Of a stretch of DNA of 64,000 nucleotides, positions 12,098 to 23,947 are shown piece by piece. The position numbers and the translations under genes were made by a program. The stretch's first letter is position 1. Each line of letters begins with the position of its first letter. Source of the DNA: an uncultured Phycisphaerales bacterium (GTDB lineage: Bacteria > Planctomycetota > Phycisphaerae > Sedimentisphaerales > Anaerobacaceae); contig CAVYYI010000004.1 of the NCBI GenBank assembly GCA_963772725.1, positions 128,001 to 192,000 on the forward strand, written 5' to 3'. The notes beneath the pieces were generated by a model that had not been told where the DNA came from, did no database searches, and saw nothing but the letters and a program-made list of their open reading frames with translations.

Positions 12098-12993
12098 TCA
12101 TAAACCGTTTTCGGGCAGGTAAAAAATCCCCGGGCCGGTACCATCCGGATAGGGAATGCTGCCGTCATCTCTTATCGAAACTTTCATCGGTACGGTTTCC
12201 GCAGGGACAAAGCTTCCGACGTGTCCGTCAATATAACCAGCGTGCAGTTTTATTTCGATTGTATCCCGGTTAGAGATTGCACAACTCTGGCTGGCCCAGT
12301 AAGCCGAAGAGACCCATGTTTCCGGCAGAATCGATGCCCCTTTGAAATTTTCACAGCTTCCGAAAGATTTAGGACTTCGCCAGTGGTCGTAGCCGAAATA
12401 GCAGCTTACTATCAATTTGCTTCTGCACGAACCGCCTGCCGAATTACCGGGGCCCTTAAAAACTCTTCCTTCCCCCAGCCAGCCTGTATAATTCCACCAG
12501 AAACAATATGTCCCTGTTACGGGGTCTTTTGTTTGCGTTGTATCCGGGTTGTCCCAAGCGTCGCCGGTGTCCCATGCCCTCTGGATATATTTGTGCTTTA
12601 TCGGCGCGTTTGTACACAGCATCATCTTGCCGTCACTGATATAACTGCCCAAATATTCGCTGATTGCACGATGTATCTGTGGACTCCGCTGTCGGTAACC
12701 TGTCATCATCGTAGGCTCCTGCCAGTTCCAATAGCCGCTTATCACGCCTATTGTCGCTACGGATTCAGGATAAGCTGCGTCATTATCCGCAGCATAAAGA
12801 TTGACTGTGTTTACAATCTGACGCTGATTAGATATGCCGACCATCGCTTTTGCCTGTCGCGAATCTTACTTAACGCGGGTAGAAGAATCCCCATAAGAAC
12901 CGTAATGATTGAAATTACCACAAGAAGTTCTATCAGGGTAAAGCCGCTTTGTTTCCCGTCCTTGCGAAGTATATTATTGCCTGGCTTCTCCAC
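12098..12993 (-). CDS. Prepilin-type N-terminal cleavage / H-X9-DG-like protein, frameshift near 12.85 kb
   Basis: GFTLIELLVVISII; C-terminal YIDGHV. Confidence 0.85.
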
Positions 12994-13268
12994 AGTCCTG
13001 CCTCTCGGACAACCAGCTTATGTCCTTAACCGCCATAAGCCCCCAGGTTTATTCTGGAGGTATATAGTGTCACTCGATCGTAATACTCTGGCTTTAAGCC
13101 ATTACCGAACCAGTGTAATATATTATTCTAACAATAATTTGTCAATATTGCTCTTAAAATTTCCATATTTTTTTGCATATAAAAAGGGCGGCAAACTGTG
13201 CGTTTGTCGCCCCGATTAAAAGCTCACATTTCGGTTTTATTAGTGTTTTAGTGTCTTGGTGGTTGCCT

Positions 13269-15405
13269 TTAATTCCCTGACCAAGGCTCTTTTTCCAGCC
13301 ATTGCTCCATTAGGATTGCAAAATCAGTGAAATTGAAAATGCCATCGTAGTTGACATCGCCTTTAATTCGCCATTCGCTCATACTCGCAAAAGGTGTCCC
13401 TCCATGAGCACCATATCGATTCGTCCGCCATTCGGCATAGGCTCATTCATCGGGTTATCATTTGGATTGCCGCCATCAACACACGGACTTGTAACATCAT
13501 CAAGCACCCAGACATTCTGTGCCGGCCAATACCTGCCTCGCTCACTTTTCAGATGATAATCGCCATTATTGATGTCTGTAAACATTGGTTCATAAGTATA
13601 TTCATGCCCATCCAATCCAGCCTCGTAAATCGCTGCAATTTCAGCATTGCTCAATGCTCTATTGTATATCCTTACGTCATCCATTTTGCCGCCAAAAAAG
13701 TTCACATAGTCTCCATTTGCTGTATGATCGTAACTGCCCAAAGTGAAATCCCTGTGATAAGTATTTGGCCCTAAAGAACCTGAAGTGTTAACAGAATCAG
13801 GCTCTCTTATACCATTGATATAAAGATATTTTACAGAGCCATCATACGTGGCAACAATATGATACCATGTATTTCCGGCCATTGTTCTAGTGGAAGTTAA
13901 CACACTACCTGTCCAGTCATTACCTGTCAAAAATCTTACTTTTCCATCTGAGGGGAACATAATAATTTTATATACACCTTCTATACCTGCTAAGAAAGAT
14001 TGACCATCCCGGTTGACACCATTCCCATCTTACCCATGCGGCAATCGTTACTGTGGATAAATTCTCCAAATTAGTAGTGCCGCAGTTAACACGGTCATTT
14101 ATACCATCAAATTCTAATGCACTTCCAATTTGACCGGTTGTAGGTATTGCTCCGTAAATAGTTCCATTGTTAGTGCCGACGGAATCTGTTGCATTGCCGT
14201 CTAATTTCCAGTAGGAAACTAAACCTGCTTCGGCTTCTTCCTGAATAAAGCTGTACTGCACTGGCACTGATAAAGAGAACCGAAAGTATTCTTATAGAAG
14301 ATACAGTTGCTGATATTTGGCTCGCTGCTGCCGTAAGATTCAATGCCGGAATTATTGTTTATAACCGTTAAATTCTTAATAGTCGGCGAGGCGTTGACAA
14401 TGAAAACGCCCAAATCACTGTTTCTTATAACAAAATTCTGCAATATACTATTGTCCCCTTCAGCAGTGTAGAATGATACCGCGAAATTGTCCGGTGCCTG
14501 CAGGATTGCCGCGTCATCGGCACTTTTTACGGTTATAGCCTTACCTAAGAAATTTATCTGTTCAGTGTAAGTCCCCGGCCAGACAAGAACCGTACCACCA
14601 TTCTCAGCAGTATCAATTCCCTTTTGAATCGTTTGAAATGCCGTATGTCTGCTTAAACCGTTGTTATCGTTATTGCCATTAACTGCATCGATATGATAAA
14701 CAACGGATGGCAATTGTTCCTGATAAACCTGTTGAACTTCCTGGTCAGATAATGCTTGATTGTATATGCGTACATCATCCATTTTACCGCCCAAAAAGTT
14801 TACATACTGCCTCCGCCAGTCATGTCATAACTTCCCATAGTAAAATCTCTGTGGTAAGTATTTGGGCCTAAAGAACCCGATGTGGTTACAAAATTAGTTT
14901 CTCTGGTGCCATTAATGTAAATATACTTTTTAGAGCCATCATAGGTTGCGGCGATGTGATACCATGTATTAGAAGCAAGTACGGTAGAGGAAGTTAAAAT
15001 AGTACCAGTCCAGTTGTTGCCAGTCAGGAACCTTATTTTCCCCTGAGATGGAATAAAGTCAATCTTATATACACCTTCGATACCTGATATGAAGGAATAT
15101 CCGACGGGAGTGCTGCCATTCCAATTTACCCACGCCGTAAGTGTTACCTGGGATAAGTTCTCCATATTAGTGGTGCCGCAGTTAACACGGTCATTAATAC
15201 CGTCAAGGTTTAGAATCTGACTTGGAAGCTTTAGTCCGCCGCCGGCATCATTAACGATACTTGCACCGTTTACGAGTGTGCCGTTATTGCTGCCAACGCT
15301 GTCGTTGGCGTTACCCTCGAATTCATATTGAGAAATCAGACCTGCATTAGCACCAACTGCAATAAATAGTACAACAAACGCGGTTAAAAATATGTTCCTT
15401 TTCAC
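13269..15405 (-). CDS. Secreted protein: LamG - beta-helix - LamG - dockerin-like tail, reconstructed from four ORF fragments plus a tail
   Basis: Two WYHI.ATYDG...GKMDDVRIYN LamG domains; TIQKGID..PGTY; GDVNYDG..NFTDF tail. Confidence 0.75.
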
Positions 15406-15449
15406 TATTTCTCCTCTAAAAAAATGTTGATATTTCTTTTTAAACTATT

Positions 15450-17211
15450 TTAAAGCTTTTCAAAAAACCATTGCCCATTTTGGTCTTTTTTATACCCTGT
15501 TACAGGTGAGGCGAACTCATGGCTTGCATTGTCAATATCCTGCATATATTCAAATTGGAGCATGCCGGTTTTTTCGCCGGCAAAGGTTATTTTTTCAACA
15601 ACATCGGTTTGCATATCAATGGTATAAACAATCCTGCTGTTTAAATTTTTCAGTGTTACTATCGCCTTTTTGCCATCGAGCGACAATTTCGTATCGAAAG
15701 GCACCTGTCTTTGGGCGGCATCTCTTCTTACAACGTCAATCGTATGCAGCCCCATCCATGGTCGGCCCAGGCCAATAAAAGCGATATCGACAATCTCTTC
15801 TCCTCCGCTTCGCATTTTTAGCCAGGGCCGATTTTCCTCGCACTGTTTATAAATAAACGGCATCCTCCCTTTGCCGTTTATTTTTTTCCCATTGAATTCG
15901 CCTGTTATGGTAAAATATGTCCAGCCTCTTTTGTGCATTGCGTCTCGGTTATCGATCACTTTTGCCCCGACAGGCAGATTATATTGAAAATATTCCTCCT
16001 CGAGCATATTAAACTGATTGACGACCTGCGGTTTACCGTTTTGCCGCTCTTTATTTGCTATCACAAGCAGGCCGGCCTTGCGATTGTTAACATAATCAAT
16101 TTCATACGGCCTGCCCTGAATTTTTGAGATAAATTCACGTATCGAATGTCCATCGCAGGGCAGTTGGAAAACGCTCAAATCGCTGTTCCAGCAGTGGTAG
16201 TTTTCTATGTGTATGACTGCCTTATCTTTATCGTAGTAAAAATTTCCCTGCTCATTTTGCTTTAGAACGCGCTGCTCATCTTTTGCTCCAGCTTTTGCCC
16301 AGGTCTGTCGAAGCATCACAGGCCCGTCTGCACCGGCAGGGAAATAATACCAGCTTTCCTTGACAGGATTATTAGATTCAAATAGTGAGTAAACGGTACT
16401 TAGGTTAGCTGGATGCGATTCCTGGGCTAAAGGTTTTATGCTTTCCGGCGGTTTCACCGCCACTGCCGCGGCAGCGATAATGCCTGCTCCGGCCAATGCC
16501 GTAATCGCTGTTTTGCTTGTCAGAACAGATGTCAGACTTGTCAGCATACTGACCTTTCAGCGCCGCAGGCGTTACCGATAACGAAGCTGCTGCTGCCTTA
16601 TCCGCCGCGGTCAGTTTGCCGAATAGAACTAACGCAGTAAGAAGCGAACCCCTGCCAAACCCTCGCCTGACAAGCTGTTTTTTCAGAGAATTTTTCGCCC
16701 TGTAAAACAGCTTTTGCGCCGCGTACTCGCTGCAGCTCATCATCTTTGCTATCTCGGAAAACGGCATTTGGTCATAGCACCGCATATTGATAACTGTGCG
16801 ATGTTCGGGGGTTAACGCGCCAATCGCCGCGAAAACATCTTCCTTAAACTCCTGATATATCATACCGGCTATAGCTTCCCGGCTGTCATTATGTTCCGGG
16901 CTTTGGTTTTCCGGTGCTGGAGTGTTTTTGCGACGCTTTTCCTCATTTCTGTGGTAATTGTGCATATTATTAAGGGCTATCTTGCGCAGCCAGGGCCAAA
17001 ACTGGCCGACCTCTCTCAATTTTTTTATCGCCTCAAGCATTGTTACTATGCTCTCCTGCACAATATCATTTGTTAAATCATCTGACAAAGTGTAACGGTA
17101 GATATAAGCGTATAGAGGGTCTCTAACCACCTCAGCGAGACGGCTTAAGCACTCTTTATCTCCCAGCTGTGCCTGCTGAACTAATCCGACGAAGTCATTA
17201 CTCTTTTCCAT
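15450..17211 (-). CDS. ECF sigma factor with long C-terminal membrane/periplasmic extension, frameshift near 16.55 kb
   Basis: DIVQE, FWPWLRKIALN, region-4 HTH; continues into ORF 15450..16547. Confidence 0.8.
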
Positions 17212-17586
17212 TCCGTACTATTATAAAGATGCGCAGAAAGCTCAAAACGGACGAGTTTTTTATAAAATTTCTAAAATTTAATCGAATCTTACCAAAATCT
17301 GCTTCAAAATGCCAATGGTATAGCAAATATTCTTGGCTCCTGAATCTGAAAAAGTAATATTGCCGTCCATCAAATGGGTTTTGGGAGTGGAGGATGGAAA
17401 ATTTTTTAAAAAATTTTAAAAAATTTTGAGATTATGCGTAATTTTTTCAAGAGTTCTGCGTCTTTATATATAGCAGAATATATAGCGGAGTTAAGTTTTC
17501 GGGTCTTAATTAGTGGAACTTTTTAAGGCCCAAAAGCAGGCAAGTGAGACTTAAAAAGAGGTTAGAACGAAATGGATGTTGTTTTA

Positions 17587-18308
17587 TGTTCAAAAAAGAC
17601 AGCTTAATACGTGGAAAATGGTTTAAAAATGATATTGAATTTCTCAGGCGGCATTTCTCAAGTATGAACACAAAGGAATTGTCACGGAGTCTCCGTCGGC
17701 CTATAACCGCCGTAAGACAAAGGGCTTACGAACTTGGTCTTACATTGGAAAAGTACGCTGGCCCATGGTCAGAAGATGAAATTGAAAAACTGAAAAACCT
17801 TTTTCCCGTTAAAACAAAGACTGAAATCGCCGGTCAGCTTGGCCGCTCTAAATCCGGCGTTGCAAGTAAGATAGCCAAACTCGGACTGAAAAAGGGGAAT
17901 TATTGCTTCTGGTCGAAGCCGGAAGTCGAATTACTCAGGGAACTCTACAGTGTCAAAACCTGCAAAGAGATTTCCGAGCAAATAGGCAAACCCGTTGCGA
18001 GTGTTGCGCAAAAAATATACAGGCTTGGCCTTAGAAAAAAAACCCAAAACTCCTGGTCTGAAAAGGAGATATATCTGCTCAGGCTTTTATATCCGGTTGT
18101 AAAAACCCGCGCAATTGCCTTTGAGCTTCGCCGGCCCGTTGTATCGGTCATACAACGGGCGTTCAGGCTGGGTCTTAAAAAGGCCGACAGGAAAATGCAT
18201 TCGGCTCGGTTTTCCGCTGGAAATAAGTTCAAAACGCCCAAAACAGAAACTAAAAATAATCGCCGATTTTCTGCCGTTGAACAGTTTATGGCGACATCGC
18301 CTGAATAG
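17587..18308 (+). CDS. Protein with four tandem Myb/HTH-like repeats
   Basis: 4 x 'W..E...L...Y/F.....EIA..LGR...SV...A..LGL'. Confidence 0.75.
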
Positions 18309-18331
18309 CAATACAGAGTCAGTTTGAGTTA

Positions 18332-20666
18332 TTATTGTTCCCAATTGGCGGCGAGGTTGGCGAAATCGCGGAAGTTGACAATATTATCGCCAGTTGGTGT
18401 GGGTGGGGACATGTCTGCCTGACAAACACCATTCTTCAGCCATTGACACGCAAAGCCCGATACTCCTGTCAAATCACCGCCCCAACCCTCAGTAAAAGCC
18501 GCCCAATCCTGAAAATTCACAACACCGTCCGGCACAATATCCGTCGGCAGTCTTTCATACAGCCACTCGTCGGCAAAAGCCGCCAAATCGCAAATATCAA
18601 TATCGCCGTCAGGTTCAAAATCCCCAGGCCACACGCCGCACAACGTCAACTTAATATCAGGCACATTTTCGCTGCAATATACCGTTGGCATTTCTATGCC
18701 CGACCAGTTCAGCGGGTCTCCGTACTCGCTGTTTGCGCCGGCGTAAATGCATCTGTTGCCCCCCGGTGCCGAATAAGCGCATAGACCGTTACTCCCGGAT
18801 GAACTATTGTTATGACTGAAATCGACCATCAGATTGTCGATGCCGTTATACTTAAAAGGCCTCGAAAAATTAAAAGTTCGCCACCCCGTGCTGCCCCGCG
18901 GCTCATTACCACTATAAACTGTCGTCCAGTCGTTGGAATCTAACTCGCAGATGTCGTAACTATTCATACTCGTGTGCTTCATTCGAATCGTCCAGTTATT
19001 CATTGCCTGCCCGGCGATGCCTGTTACATTAATCGCCAGACCCCTGATAAAACCGCCATACTTGATTTCAGATGCCGTATATATCACTTGCGTCCTGCTG
19101 TCGTGATTGGCCGCGTGCAAAGGATAGTTCCACGAGGAACTCCCGCTTCCTGTCGAAAAATAATCGCACGGATTCAACTGCACGCTCTCGATTGCTCTGC
19201 CGAGATTGACGCGAGGCTTTGTTATTGCAATCCTCGGGTCGGTTACGGCGTCGCCGCTCGAACGGAGAATCTCCCTTACCCGTACAGCCGTCAGGAAATG
19301 CCCAGTAAAATACTTTGCCGCCGATTGTATGCACGCCGCCGCGCCTGCTACATACGGGCACGCCGCCGATGTCCCCCCGAAATCGGTCGCGTAATCTCCC
19401 GCTGAATAACCCGCCGAACCAACAATATCAGTCGTACACGCCATATTTGATGGCGCGAGTATATCTAAAAATGAAGCGGTATTCGAAAAAGATGTAACCA
19501 AATCCGGCATGGTTGCATCGATGCAATACCAACCGCTGGGACATTGACTTTTCGGATACTTTGTTGCGCAGGAATCCGCTCTGATACAGAATGAATAAGT
19601 CCCGAAATTCGAATCGTAAACCGCTCCGACCGATATGACATTACTCAAACACGCTGGCACAGTTATTGAATTGCACGAACCATCGTTATCTGACGAGACC
19701 ACCACCGTAATTCCCGCCGCCACCGCGTTATTTGCCGCTGTAGCGTAAGCGACATTTGAGCTGTCGCACGGACTGGTATATCGTGTCCCCCCGATACTTG
19801 TGCTTATTACTAAAATCGGATATGAAGGGTTATCGTTCTTATGGCTTATGCACCAGTCCCACGCCGCTATGACATTGTCGTTATATATCACCCCCTCGCT
19901 GTTCTTGGTTTTCAACGCGTAAATTTTGGCCCCGCACGCGACCCCGCCGATATAATCCCCGACATCGCAGGCGTCCCCAGCCGCGATGCCAGCGCAGCTT
20001 GTGCCGTGCGGGTCATGAACCGCCGCCGGAAACGGGTCCGAATCATCGTCTCCGAAATCATAACCGCCAATAACCTTGCTGTTCGGAAACCCTCCTCTCC
20101 CCAGCATCGGATGATTATAATCGACCCCGGAATCGCAAATCGCGATTGCAGTTCCCCTGCCCGTTATACGCCGTGCGATATATAATCCCGTTTATCAGCG
20201 GTATCCCCTGCGCAAGATGCTCTTCGAGTATATAAACCGGCTCAACAGATTCTACCGCCGGGTCATTTAATAATTTGTTCAGCCCATCAGTCGTAACCTC
20301 ACACGAAAATCCCGCCTGATTCTCAAATTGATGCCGCACCTCAAATTCATCTTTCGCCAAAGCCCCCATCACCTTGTCCTGCCGCTCTTTTATCTCGGCG
20401 TGAAGTTGCTTCATAGCATCGTGGGATTGCTGGCCCAGCGTCTTTTTCACCAGCATTTCAGGCTTTATAAGATTTACAATAACCTTAACTTTTTCGCTGC
20501 CGCCCTCGAATTCGCCGACAATCTCCGCCTCATTGATAATCTTATTTTGCCCCGCCGCGCCTGATAAAAATATCAGTACCATTACCATCGCCATCTTGAT
20601 ATTAATCGCGGTAAGCCTATACCCTTCCGATGAGTACATAAGTTTTTGCAGGAACTGTTTTGCCAT
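18332..20666 (-). CDS. S8 subtilisin-family peptidase with prodomain and dockerin-like tail, frameshift near 20.15 kb
   Basis: HGTSCAG, GTSAACP. Confidence 0.9.
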
Positions 20667-20895
20667 TACTTATACCCCCGGTATTGTAACCATAATATTT
20701 CACTTTTATTAAAACTTGCTCTTATTATAAATAGGGCTGTTCCTTAATTTTCCCGCTATTTTTGCCTACCCCCTCCACACTGTGAGTTTAAGGGGGTACA
20801 ATGTACCATATTATCCCTGAAAATAAAAATAAGAATACCAAATTCGGTAGACAAGGGCATAGAGGGGGAACGGTTATTTATTTGGTGGTTCAGTC

Positions 20896-20922
20896 GGACC
20901 CAGCCACGGGTGCTGGGGCTAA
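20896..20922 (-). repeat. REP-like palindrome, copy 1
   Basis: TTAGCCCCAGCACCCGTGGCTGGGTCC on the minus strand. Confidence 0.85.
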
Positions 20923-20988
20923 TCGAAAACGGAATCAAAAAGGAAAAAACAATTGCCAATCGGGTCTTGAAATATTATTATTTTATTT

Positions 20989-21438
20989 ATGTCAGAAATT
21001 GTCGGGTATATGTTGACGTGGACAACTTATGGAAGTTGGCTGCCGGGCGACGAGAGAGGATACGTCGATAGAGGCAAGATTCTTCAAGGCGACGGTAAAC
21101 TTCTGGAAAGAAATCGTGATAGACAAAAAACGCCCATTGTTAAGTTGAACGCACAAGAAAAGAAAGTTGTCAAGCAAACCATTCTCGCTGAAGCGGAAAA
21201 AATTAAACACATTATCGAAGCGTTAACAGTTTATTCAAATCATATCCATTTGCTGGCGCGGCCACATAAAGAATTTATTGAGAAACTTGCAAGCCGTTAT
21301 AAAAGTATAACTACTCGCACTCTCTGGCAGAATGGCCGTGAAGGACGTCTTTGGACCAAGGGGTATGATATAAGGTTTTGTTTTTCTGAAGAAGAATTTG
21401 CAGCCAGATTTAAATATATTGAAAATCACCAATATTAA
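20989..21438 (+). CDS. HUH (Y1) transposase, REP-associated (RAYT-like)
   Basis: LTWTTYG, NHIH, LW..GY, KYI. Confidence 0.85.
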   Translation: MSEIVGYMLTWTTYGSWLPGDERGYVDRGKILQGDGKLLERNRDRQKTPIVKLNAQEKKVVKQTILAEAEKIKHIIEALTVYSNHIHLLARPHKEFIEKLASRYKSITTRTLWQNGREGRLWTKGYDIRFCFSEEEFAARFKYIENHQY

Positions 21439-21451
21439 GTTCTTGATTGGA

Positions 21452-21478
21452 TTAGCCCCAGCACCTGTGGCTGGGGCC
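21452..21478 (+). repeat. REP-like palindrome, copy 2
   Basis: TTAGCCCCAGCACCTGTGGCTGGGGCC. Confidence 0.85.
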
Positions 21479-21877
21479 TTTTTAAGTTTTGAATTACTGT
21501 ATGCAGTCAAGATTAAAAATAATAAATTACAATGGCAAGACGAAATTATTAAGGCCGGTTAGGTAGTTGAATGAACAGAGGCACATTAAACGTGAAGCGT
21601 ATCCCGTGAAGCGGGGGAAAAATTGGCGGGGTTTAGCTGCGATGCAGTTTTAGATTCGATCCCTTCGACAAGCTCAGTGACTTAATTTTATATAGTGGTT
21701 TTCCCGCTACTATTTTATTTTTTTAACTGAAGCGGGGATTCACAAAAAACGTGATTTCTCTCTGCTATTTTGTTTATTTATATAACTTCTTTATTGGTTT
21801 TGCAATAAGGAAAATAAAAAAGAATGACGAAAAAAAAGCGGAGATTGGACAGTTAAATGGAGAACCCCATTCTCCTT

Positions 21878-22210
21878 TTATATTTTACTTGAGTATATTA
21901 GTTTACTTAAATCTTCATCATCTTTCTTTTTACGAAAAACGAATAGATGTTCGTGCATGATTAAATAAAATTTATCTTTCTGTGCTTTTGGTATCCATCT
22001 GTTGGTAGATGAACAATTGTGCTGAACTTTGACGATATCTTCTTTAAGAATAAAACCAGCTTTCAAAAACCGCTGCATAACATTAAACGCAAGCGGCACA
22101 AAATGCTTACTTTTACGTGTATCACCTATTAGTATTACGCAGTACTTATCGTGTTTTAAGATTCTATAAAACTCTTGAGCAATCTTTTCTATTCCATCTA
22201 TGACAAACAC
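21878..22210 (-). pseudogene. C-terminal fragment of an N4/N6 DNA methyltransferase
   Basis: EFYRILK..YCVILIGD..HEHLFVFRK present; SAM-binding and PPY motifs absent. Confidence 0.65.
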
Positions 22211-22458
22211 TCACTTTTCGGCAGAAAAAAAATGCTCGATGTATTTTGGTAATCATTTTCCAATTCATAACAGATTATTTTGTTAAATGTGGTTTGTGAT
22301 AAGTAGCTATTGTTGCGTATTAGGTTTTCAAAAGCTTGTTGGGGATTGAGGCCTTCCGCAAATCCTATAACCTGACAATTTTCAATATCCGGCTCAATTG
22401 CTTCAGTGTTCGGCTGAAAGGTATGCCCTTCATCTGTTATAAAAATATAAGATTTCAT
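22198..22458 (-). CDS. Hypothetical protein
   Basis: 86 aa ORF packed directly downstream of the PLD gene. Confidence 0.6.
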   Translation of the reverse strand: MKSYIFITDEGHTFQPNTEAIEPDIENCQVIGFAEGLNPQQAFENLIRNNSYLSQTTFNKIICYELENDYQNTSSIFFLPKSECLS

Positions 22459-22461
22459 AAA

Positions 22462-23268
22462 TTAATCTTTCCACAATTTCCTATAAAGACCTGAACCGAT
22501 AAATTCTATTAAACCCAAATCTCTTAACTCTTGTAATTGTTGCCTGATTTTCGCGTCAATATTCCTATTTTCAGGATGAAGGATTTGTAATTCATTTCTA
22601 AACTCATACACTGCTCTTAAATCAAATATATTTTGTCGAATCTTTGAAACAACATTAAATGTATCAAGCCTCCAACCCGAAAGTGATTTTGTAATCGTTT
22701 CAATTCCTGCATCATACAAATCGTTTTCTGGCTCTGGGAATATTTCTTTCTCGGTTTTCTCAAACCTGACTTTGTTATCCTTGGGTACTTTTGAGAGGAT
22801 TTCAGCAGTTGTCATAATAATCTCCTCAGTTACAGCAGGAGACATTTCTTTATTTTCAAATAACTCTAAATAATTCTCTTTTAATCTTTTTACAATTTCT
22901 CTGTCTTCAATAATAACTCCGCATTCATAATTATTCTGCATTCCTCCTGATGTAAGATTTGCTGAAGTAACTATCGCTTTTTGAGAATCAAAAATATACG
23001 TTTTTGCATGTAGTCTTGAGAGATTTTTTACTTCAATATCATTCTTAATACAATCCGAAAGAGCCTGAAGGTCTGAAGAACCTCTATAAAAATTTGTCAA
23101 TTTGTAACTTGTAAGCAAAGATATTTTTGAACCGCTGGGTCGATTTTTTATGACCATATTGGTAATGTTATTTTTCACAAATGGGCTTGCAAATAACTGT
23201 TCTTTCGAGGTTTTTACAAGCCCCATAAAAACTTCAATTGCAGGATTAGTTAATACTTCAATTGTCAT
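22462..23268 (-). CDS. PLD nuclease fused to a DpnI-type winged helix (predicted m6A-dependent type IV restriction enzyme)
   Basis: LHAKTYIFD..TSANLT..NYE (HKD); C-terminal HPENRNIDAKIRQQLQELRDLGLIEF. Confidence 0.85.
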   Translation of the reverse strand: MTIEVLTNPAIEVFMGLVKTSKEQLFASPFVKNNITNMVIKNRPSGSKISLLTSYKLTNFYRGSSDLQALSDCIKNDIEVKNLSRLHAKTYIFDSQKAIVTSANLTSGGMQNNYECGVIIEDREIVKRLKENYLELFENKEMSPAVTEEIIMTTAEILSKVPKDNKVRFEKTEKEIFPEPENDLYDAGIETITKSLSGWRLDTFNVVSKIRQNIFDLRAVYEFRNELQILHPENRNIDAKIRQQLQELRDLGLIEFIGSGLYRKLWKD

Positions 23269-23395
23269 TATTTTTCCTCTTTTTAAGAGCGTTGCCAAAC
23301 AGACGTTTCTCAATTTCAGTTAGAAGTTGTGTTTTTCCTCCTGCCCATTTGAGAAAGGGTTTAGCATTTACTTTATTTTCACTAATCGAAATCAT
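23258..23395 (-). pseudogene. 45-aa N-terminal remnant of a Dam-family adenine methyltransferase
   Basis: MISISENKVNAKPFLKWAGGKTQLLTEIEKRL... (manual translation, not in the ORF track). Confidence 0.8.
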
Positions 23396-23606
23396 TATTT
23401 ACTGCCTTTTGGCCGTCTTCGGCGGTTTCCTTATCAAATTTTTTGAGTATTGATTTTCTTGCAAATTATACACCCTATTTTCTCAAACTCAATGGAATTT
23501 TATATCTAAATAAATTAGTAAAATCAGAGTAATCCTCGGGTAAGAAAAATTGGCAGGAATGGGAGTCTCCTGTTCAACTATTCAGTCCGTCTTTGGCGGA
23601 CTGCGG

Positions 23607-23633
23607 GGCCCCAGCCACAGGTGCTGGGGCTAA
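23607..23633 (-). repeat. REP-like palindrome, copy 3
   Basis: Exact reverse complement of copy 2. Confidence 0.85.
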
Positions 23634-23947
23634 ACCTAAGAAAAATCTTTGGGGCGGTGTGGAAAAATTAAGGTGTGATGAGAATGGTTTGAAAGTAGGA
23701 AGGAACGTCTTTTGACGTGCTAAGGCGGGGTTAAGTTTATTCTTGCAAAAATGGGGTGGTTGGATTACAATCCTGTACTATTATTTATAGTACCTTTTTG
23801 TTTAAAGTGCTTTCTATATAGTCAATATTGTAACTGTAGTATTTTTAAGTAGTTACAACTTTTAATTTTAGAATTTTTTTTATTTGAATTTGTTTCGTGC
23901 TTCGAAATTAGTGCTTAGGATTTACTGTTTTTTAATGGGTTAAAGCG

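Noticed and set aside
12221..13219. 332-aa plus-strand ORF and similar antisense ORFs (1118..1801, 25940..26557)
   Set aside because: They are shadows of well-supported genes on the opposite strand and show no recognisable motifs.
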